A stretch of DNA of 64,000 nt, taken from Candidatus Poribacteria bacterium. Its GTDB lineage: Bacteria; Poribacteria; WGA-4E; JAJDTR01. The stretch is taken from assembly GCA_965222225.1 (NCBI GenBank), contig CBDCTK010000002.1, forward strand, positions 3,776,001 through 3,840,000, written 5' to 3'. The position numbers were made by a program, and so were the translations under genes. This document shows positions 58,800 through 64,000 of the stretch, in pieces. The notes beneath the pieces are model-generated. The model made no database searches. It was not told where the DNA came from and saw nothing but the letters and a program-made list of their open reading frames with translations. Position 1 is the first letter of the stretch. Every line of letters begins with the position of its first letter.

Positions 58800-59843
58800 T
58801 TGCAACTTCTATCGAATGAAGTCATCTATCACGATGGCAAACACAACGCGTTTACGTCCATGGTGCGTTGGAATGACAAATACTGGGTAGCCTTCAGAAA
58901 CGGCGCCTCTCACAAATCCGATGACGGTCGCCTCATTGTCATGAATTCAAGCGATCTGGTGACGTGGTCTGAGCCGCAGGAGGTCATCGACACCGATATC
59001 GACGACCGGGATCCGGCTGTATTCGTTTGCGATGATCGGTTATTCCTTGTCAGTATGTCCTACGAACGCAAGCTGCATGAGGGGGAAAAGCAGCGGCGCC
59101 TCGTTAGTATGAGAAGCTACGTCGTCAGCAGCAGCGATGGCGTAAACTGGACGCAACCGCAAATGGCTTTGCCGGAGCATCGGGTCATCTGGTGGGTATC
59201 GTCTGGTCCCGACGCACTCTATGGGTCTGTGTACGGTGCGGGTACGGCGAACGAAGGCGCCGATTATTTTCGGTGGACGGAACTCTGGCGGAGTACGAAC
59301 GGATTAGAATGGGAGAAGGTTGGCATCATTTCCGACGAAAATCGGGCGACGGAGTGCGCGCTGGCTTTTCTACCGGACAAGCGGTTGGTTGCTTTTGTAA
59401 GGCACGATGAACACGACAAGCCGGAGATCAAGATTGCTTCGCCCCCATATCGTGAATGGGAGACCGCCGTGGAACTCGGTTTCAGGAACAATGGACCCGC
59501 TATCGGACGTGTCGGGGATAAGCTGGTAACCGCGACCAGAGCCATATTCGAAGATCCCAACACACCACTCGCGGATGACCTCTGCAGAGAACGGCGAAGG
59601 GGCATGATTATGGGCGTGTTCGATCCGGATACGCTCCAATGGGAGCCTGCCTTGGCGATTCCCCACGCCCGCGGGGTTATGAGTCCCAACGATCCGGACG
59701 GTCACGCGGACTCGGGCATGAATTGGCCCGATGTGTCGTATGCCTCTATCATGGACTTGGGCGATGGAAACTTCGTGATGATTTATTATGAAGGGTTTAA
59801 GGGCCCGCCCTCCGATATTCGTGCGGCAATGCTAAGGATGTAG
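58800..59843 (+). CDS. Sialidase-like / BNR beta-propeller protein
   Basis: HNAFTS, DDRDP, Asp-boxes SSDGVNW and STNGLEW, DVSYAS. Confidence 0.7.
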   Translation: MQLLSNEVIYHDGKHNAFTSMVRWNDKYWVAFRNGASHKSDDGRLIVMNSSDLVTWSEPQEVIDTDIDDRDPAVFVCDDRLFLVSMSYERKLHEGEKQRRLVSMRSYVVSSSDGVNWTQPQMALPEHRVIWWVSSGPDALYGSVYGAGTANEGADYFRWTELWRSTNGLEWEKVGIISDENRATECALAFLPDKRLVAFVRHDEHDKPEIKIASPPYREWETAVELGFRNNGPAIGRVGDKLVTATRAIFEDPNTPLADDLCRERRRGMIMGVFDPDTLQWEPALAIPHARGVMSPNDPDGHADSGMNWPDVSYASIMDLGDGNFVMIYYEGFKGPPSDIRAAMLRM

Positions 59844-60134
59844 GTAAGTTTTAATACTAAGGTTGGTCTACTGAAGCGACTAGGAAGGCTGGGGTTGGAA
59901 GCATGGAAGAGGGGAAGAGTGGAAGGTTCGCTCCGACGGGGCCCTCAAACCTCTGGAGCGGCATCATGGGAGCCAAAAGCTAGATAAAGCCTAACTAAAT
60001 GTGTCAAGCTAGCTAGAGTTGGGTTTCACCGTGTTCAACCCAACCCACAGGCTACACATCTCTTTTGATGTCTTCCCAACGGAACGTCTTGCCTTCAGCT
60101 AGATGCTTCTTTGCAGCTTCAAGAAATGAAATTT

Positions 60135-60182
60135 GTACCGCAATCTGTTAGTTTGCGTTCACAATCTAACAGATTGTGTTAC
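60135..60182. repeat. REPIN (inverted REP pair) upstream of the RAYT gene
   Basis: GTACCGCAATCTGTTAGTTTGCG followed by the inverted partner CACAATCTAACAGATTGTGTTAC. Confidence 0.85.
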
Positions 60183-60206
60183 ATTCCGTGTAGAATAGAG
60201 AAACGG

Positions 60207-60929
60207 ATGAGCCATTTTGATCGCAAACTGTTCTACCAGCGTAACCTGCCGCATATACAACCGCCGGGTGCAACTTTCTTCGTCACGTTCAACCTTGCAG
60301 GTTCCCTACCACGAGCCGTACTGCAGCAGCGGAACGCAGAGAAACGCCAACTTGACGCAGAAAAATCGCACCTTCTAAAGTTGCACGGTGCCTCTCATTT
60401 CGAGGTGGTCGGAGATATAACATCTGAGCAAAAACAGGAACATCGTGAATGGAACCGGCGGTGGTTCCGAAAGTTTGAAACAGCGTTGGATAATGCACAA
60501 AGTGGGCCTCTATGGCTCAAAGACGAGCGGATTGCTAAAGAGGTAGCAGAGAGCCTGCGCTACCGAGATGGGAAAGTATACCGCTTGGACGCTTATTGCA
60601 TCATGGCAAATCATGTACATGTTGTGTTTGCTCCACTTGCAATACAACCTTCCGAAGAGGCGCAAACTAACAGTTTGCGGTACAACACACTTGCCTCCAT
60701 TATGCAATCGCTCAAAGGTTACACAGCGTGGAAGGCTAATCGTGTATTAGGGCGCAGTAACGCATTCTGGCACCATGAAAGTTACGATCATAGTGTGCGG
60801 AACACAAGCGAGTGGCAACGGATTGTCACCTACGTTCTCAATAACCCTGTAAAAGCGGGTTTAATCAAGGATTGGGAAAAGTGGCAGTGGAGTTATTTCC
60901 GGGGCTTTCACGGTATCGCAAACTGTTAG
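60207..60929 (+). CDS. REP-associated tyrosine (Y1/HUH) transposase, RAYT
   Basis: RNLPH...TFFVTF, AYCIMANHVH (HUH), SLKGYTA, FWHHESYDH, YVLNNPVKAGL...W.WS. Flanked by REPINs. Confidence 0.9.
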   Translation: MSHFDRKLFYQRNLPHIQPPGATFFVTFNLAGSLPRAVLQQRNAEKRQLDAEKSHLLKLHGASHFEVVGDITSEQKQEHREWNRRWFRKFETALDNAQSGPLWLKDERIAKEVAESLRYRDGKVYRLDAYCIMANHVHVVFAPLAIQPSEEAQTNSLRYNTLASIMQSLKGYTAWKANRVLGRSNAFWHHESYDHSVRNTSEWQRIVTYVLNNPVKAGLIKDWEKWQWSYFRGFHGIANC

Positions 60930-61082
60930 TTTGCGGCCACAATCCAACAGATTGTGCTACAGAAAGAGAGACAGTTCAACAGCATGAGTAGCATTCTCGT
61001 ACCGCAAACTGTTTGTGTGCGTTCACAATCTAACAGATTGTGGTACAGAAGAGAGACGGTTTAATAGCATGAATAGGATTCT
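60913..61082. repeat. Two tandem REPIN+spacer units (~86 bp each) downstream of the RAYT gene
   Basis: REPINs at 60913-60960 and 60999-61046, each followed by AGAA(A)GAGAGAC.GTT.AA.AGCATGA.TAG.ATTCT. Confidence 0.88.
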
Positions 61083-61325
61083 TTGATGTCGCCCCAGTAA
61101 TTTAGCTACCGGTTTTTCGCTCCAGAGAAGCAGTGTGTTTGTAAAATGTGCACAGTTTCTATTCTTCCTAGTCAATGCGTAAGATGAACTTCCATATTGA
61201 AACTTGCTCAAATGTTTTAGATGTCAGGATATATGGCATATAGCCCGATTCCCGTCGAATCTCCAAAATCGGCACTGAGTCTGGATGTGTTGTTCAAGAG
61301 GTACAACTAGCAAAGGAGTTAACTC

Positions 61326-62273
61326 GTGAACCAATCATTCAACGTCCCCCGACGCAGGTGGGGCAAAAGCGAAATCTCGATTCCGGTCATCCCGTTCGGC
61401 ACGCAGGGATTCGGCAACAATTTTGGTCATGTCACCGACGACGAAGCCTGCGAACTCATGCGGCACTCGATAGATATCGGAATAAACCATTTCGATACCT
61501 CGCTCTGCTACGGCGACTCGCAGCGCAAGGTCGGCGTCGCGCTCAAGAGCGGCGCCATCAGGCGCGACGAGATCGTCCTAAGCGCGCGAATCTGTTGTAA
61601 TTTCACATACGAGTGGAACGGAACGGATTTCGAGCGGAATTCAAAGGATCCCGACTATTCCTCCGACTACGCTATGGCAAATATCGAGAAACAGCTGGAG
61701 CTAACGGGAACCGACCATTTCGACGCCATGTCTATCCACGACCCGGTCGAAATCGAGCCGACCTTGGCGAAGGAGGGAACGTTCGAATGCCTCAAGAAGT
61801 TGAAATCCCGCGGCATCGTCCGTAATATCGGGTATGCAATGAATCCGCACGATTTCCATCTCACGGCAATGGAAACGGGCGAGGTGGACGTGCTGCTCAC
61901 GTTCAACGACTACAATCTGTTCGGCACGACCGCCGCGGATGATATTCTTCCCGCCGCCGCGGAACGAGACATCGGCGTGCTTAACGGATGGTCGATAAAA
62001 CGGGGGCTTTTGACGGGAATCGATCTCTCCGGACGCGATCGAAGTAATTCGGAGGTCGATCGGGCAATCAAGATGCGTCAGTGGTGCATTGACAACGGCT
62101 ACAGCCTATTGGCGATGGCGCTGGGGTTTTGCTTGCGGGAGGAGCGCATCCACGGCAACCCCATCGGCAGCCTGAACATCGAACAGTTGGAACTGAACGC
62201 GCGAGCGGTGAGCGAACCGTTGCCCGAGGGCGCGCTTGACCGATTTTTGGAACAGGAGTGGGCCAAGTCGTGA
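61326..62273 (+). CDS. Aldo/keto reductase family protein
   Basis: GINHFDTSLCYGDS, IHDP, LKSRGIVRNIG. AAGGAG RBS. Confidence 0.87.
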   Translation: MNQSFNVPRRRWGKSEISIPVIPFGTQGFGNNFGHVTDDEACELMRHSIDIGINHFDTSLCYGDSQRKVGVALKSGAIRRDEIVLSARICCNFTYEWNGTDFERNSKDPDYSSDYAMANIEKQLELTGTDHFDAMSIHDPVEIEPTLAKEGTFECLKKLKSRGIVRNIGYAMNPHDFHLTAMETGEVDVLLTFNDYNLFGTTAADDILPAAAERDIGVLNGWSIKRGLLTGIDLSGRDRSNSEVDRAIKMRQWCIDNGYSLLAMALGFCLREERIHGNPIGSLNIEQLELNARAVSEPLPEGALDRFLEQEWAKS

Positions 62274-62315
62274 GGCGTGTATGTTGAGCGCTTCACTTGA
62301 GGAGGATGCGCAGAC

Positions 62316-62354
62316 AGTTCTATCGCGCTCCTTATTCAGTCACTTGATCCCTAC
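62316..62354 (-). repeat. Single module on the minus strand preceded by GTAG
   Basis: The reverse complement reads GTAGG-GATCAAGTGACTGAATAAGGAGCGCGATAGAACT. Confidence 0.85.
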
Positions 62355-62378
62355 AGTAGAAACTAATTCGAGGAGCAA

Positions 62379-63845
62379 ATGCCAAAAAGACCGAACGTAC
62401 TTCTTATTATCACCGATCAGCAGCGTTACGACACGCTCCACTGCGGCGGACAGGAGGCTATCGAAACGCCGCATATCGATTGGCTTGCCCAGCGCGGAGT
62501 CCGCTTCACGCGAGCGTTTTGCGCCACGCCAATCTGTTCGCCCGCCAGAGCGTCACTCCTGTCGGGGATGTATCCACATCAGCACGGAATGGTAGCAAAT
62601 CATCAGCCTCGACCGGGATGCGATCAGATGCACCTCAGCCCGGATGTCAAGCTAATCGCCGATTATCTGAAACCGGAGGGCTATACCTGCGGCTATACCG
62701 GAAAATGGCACCTCGGCACCGGCAGCGACCGGCGGGGTTTTGGCGACTATGTAGCCCGCCACTTCGATTTCGATACGGATACCCCGGAAGAAAACGAGGC
62801 GATAACCCACGCACGCGCTATCGGGATTGAACTTCCCGGCAGGCGGCAGGGCACCGAGGCGAATCCGGCGACGTTTAACGAAAGGACGCGGGTCGGTCCT
62901 AGCCTGATGCCCCTTGCGGATCACGCGGCGACGCTCATGTGTAATCGCGCCATGACATTCATTCAGGGGCAACAGCACAGCGACGATCCGTTCATGCTCG
63001 TCTACAGCACGCACGAGCCGCACTCGCCATTTGTCTCGCCGCGACCGTTTGACACGATGTACCAGCCCGAGGACATGCCGCTGCCGCCGACCTTTACCGA
63101 CGTTTCATTCCATCCGCACACCAAACGGCGCCAGGACAATCAACTCAAGAAGATAAACGAAATGGGTCTCACCGAGTCGGAGATGCGGGAGATTGTGGCT
63201 GCCTATTTTGGACAGGTGAGTTTCTGCGATCACCTCGTAGGGCGATTGGTTGCCGCTCTCATAGACACCGGACAACTTGATGATACCCTCGTCATCTTTA
63301 CCTCTGATCACGGCGAGATGATGGGCAGGCACAATATGCTGTTGAAGGGAGCGGCGGTGTTTGAGGACTTGGTGCGAATACCGCTGCTCGTCGTGCCGCC
63401 CGGCGGGCTCGATTCGGAGGGCGTAGACCCGGGACTTGTTTCGCACATCGATCTGATGCCCACGATTTTCGACTGGTGCGGCGCGAAAACTCCGACCGGC
63501 TTGGACGGGATGTCGCTGCGCCCGCAAATTGAGGGTTCTCCCGACACGAGAAAGCTTGACCGAGCACGCGCGGGCGTGGTCACCGAGTTTCATTCCTGCA
63601 ACTGGACAAATCCGATTGGACCGTTACGTATGTGGCGCACCGAGGAGTGGAAATATGTCGAGTCGTATCACGGCGATCACGAGCTTTATCACCTCGCCGA
63701 CGACCCGCATGAGTGCCGCAATCTGATTGACGATCCCGCGGCATCCGACGTGCTGGCATCGCTGAGGGATGGCTTGCGCGACTGGTGCGAGCGCACCGGG
63801 GATACCTGGCCCGATGTCGTCATCCCGCCGGAAAAGCCGAAGTAG
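62379..63845 (+). CDS. Formylglycine-dependent sulfatase (S1)
   Basis: RPNVLLIITDQQR, CSPARASLLSG (CxPxR), GKWHLG, FTSDHGE. Confidence 0.95.
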   Translation: MPKRPNVLLIITDQQRYDTLHCGGQEAIETPHIDWLAQRGVRFTRAFCATPICSPARASLLSGMYPHQHGMVANHQPRPGCDQMHLSPDVKLIADYLKPEGYTCGYTGKWHLGTGSDRRGFGDYVARHFDFDTDTPEENEAITHARAIGIELPGRRQGTEANPATFNERTRVGPSLMPLADHAATLMCNRAMTFIQGQQHSDDPFMLVYSTHEPHSPFVSPRPFDTMYQPEDMPLPPTFTDVSFHPHTKRRQDNQLKKINEMGLTESEMREIVAAYFGQVSFCDHLVGRLVAALIDTGQLDDTLVIFTSDHGEMMGRHNMLLKGAAVFEDLVRIPLLVVPPGGLDSEGVDPGLVSHIDLMPTIFDWCGAKTPTGLDGMSLRPQIEGSPDTRKLDRARAGVVTEFHSCNWTNPIGPLRMWRTEEWKYVESYHGDHELYHLADDPHECRNLIDDPAASDVLASLRDGLRDWCERTGDTWPDVVIPPEKPK

Positions 63846-63862
63846 GTTGCGGTTCACGGAAT

Positions 63863-63883
63863 GGTAGGCGGTGCCCACCCTAC
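63863..63883 (-). repeat. GTAG REP, empty form (GTAGGGTGGGCACCGCCTACC)
   Basis: Empty counterpart of the filled REP at 3323-3384. Confidence 0.75.
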
Positions 63884-63912
63884 TACACATGAAGTCGAAA
63901 AGGGGAAGATTC

Positions 63913-64000
63913 ATGCCCATCACCGCTAAAGAGAAACGCGAGCAACTCATTCGCGAAGGCTTCTGCATCTTCGAGAACGTGTTGGGGCCGGAGATGTTGA
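63913..64000 (+). CDS. 5' end of a probable phytanoyl-CoA dioxygenase (PhyH) family protein
   Basis: AGGGGA RBS; MPITAKEKREQLIREGFCIFENVLGPEML resembles the PhyH N-terminal 'GY..L.NVL' motif. Truncated by the window edge. Confidence 0.5.
   Translation, partial: MPITAKEKREQLIREGFCIFENVLGPEML

Noticed and set aside
60111-60929. Classical IS200/IS605 element with tnpB
   Set aside because: No tnpB follows, and the flanking inverted REP pairs and NPVKAGL motif fit a RAYT better.
1-64000. tRNA, rRNA or known riboswitch genes
   Set aside because: None recognised by eye in the intergenic regions; tRNAscan-SE or Infernal would be needed to exclude them firmly.

Overview
Bacterial chromosomal window, most likely Candidatus Poribacteria. 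This is inferred from the 'KETALLPNFPNPFNPETWIPY' C-terminal domain, the tandem PD40 proteins ending 'AVSPxSxKITIWxRLK', and the sulfatase/PhyH/GH32 gene content; it was not tested. The window opens with the 3' end of a phage terminase large subunit. Next is an 11-subunit complex I operon (nuoABC-D-HIJKLMN, no nuoEFG) with a sigma70 promoter and a perfect Rex box. The operon is interrupted by a secreted protease, a DUF262/DUF1524 (GmrSD-like) gene bracketed by a 34-bp duplication of the nuoD start, an aspartic-protease pseudogene, a MITE and repeat clusters. Further on are an ECF sigma factor, a histidine kinase, a full-length P-type ATPase that has lost nearly all its catalytic motifs, and a SRAP/imuB/dnaE2 mutagenesis cassette with imuB split by an IS701-family element. 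After these come housekeeping genes, T9SS-like cargo and barrel genes, a DUF3179 selenoprotein (in-frame UGA plus hairpin) next to arsS, catabolic genes and a REP-associated tyrosine transposase (RAYT) with its own REPINs. The most striking unexplained feature is a ~36-nt module, G|ATCAA-XY-GA-ZW-GRATA-W'Z'-GA-Y'X'-GCGATAG-N2-3-TCC(C/T). It is present in roughly 25 full or partial copies (hand count) and shows compensatory base changes around invariant tandem G.A mismatches. It is found inserted, without target duplication, into GTAG-type REPs, into a MITE, into the nuoI 3' end and repeatedly into itself, giving nested copies.
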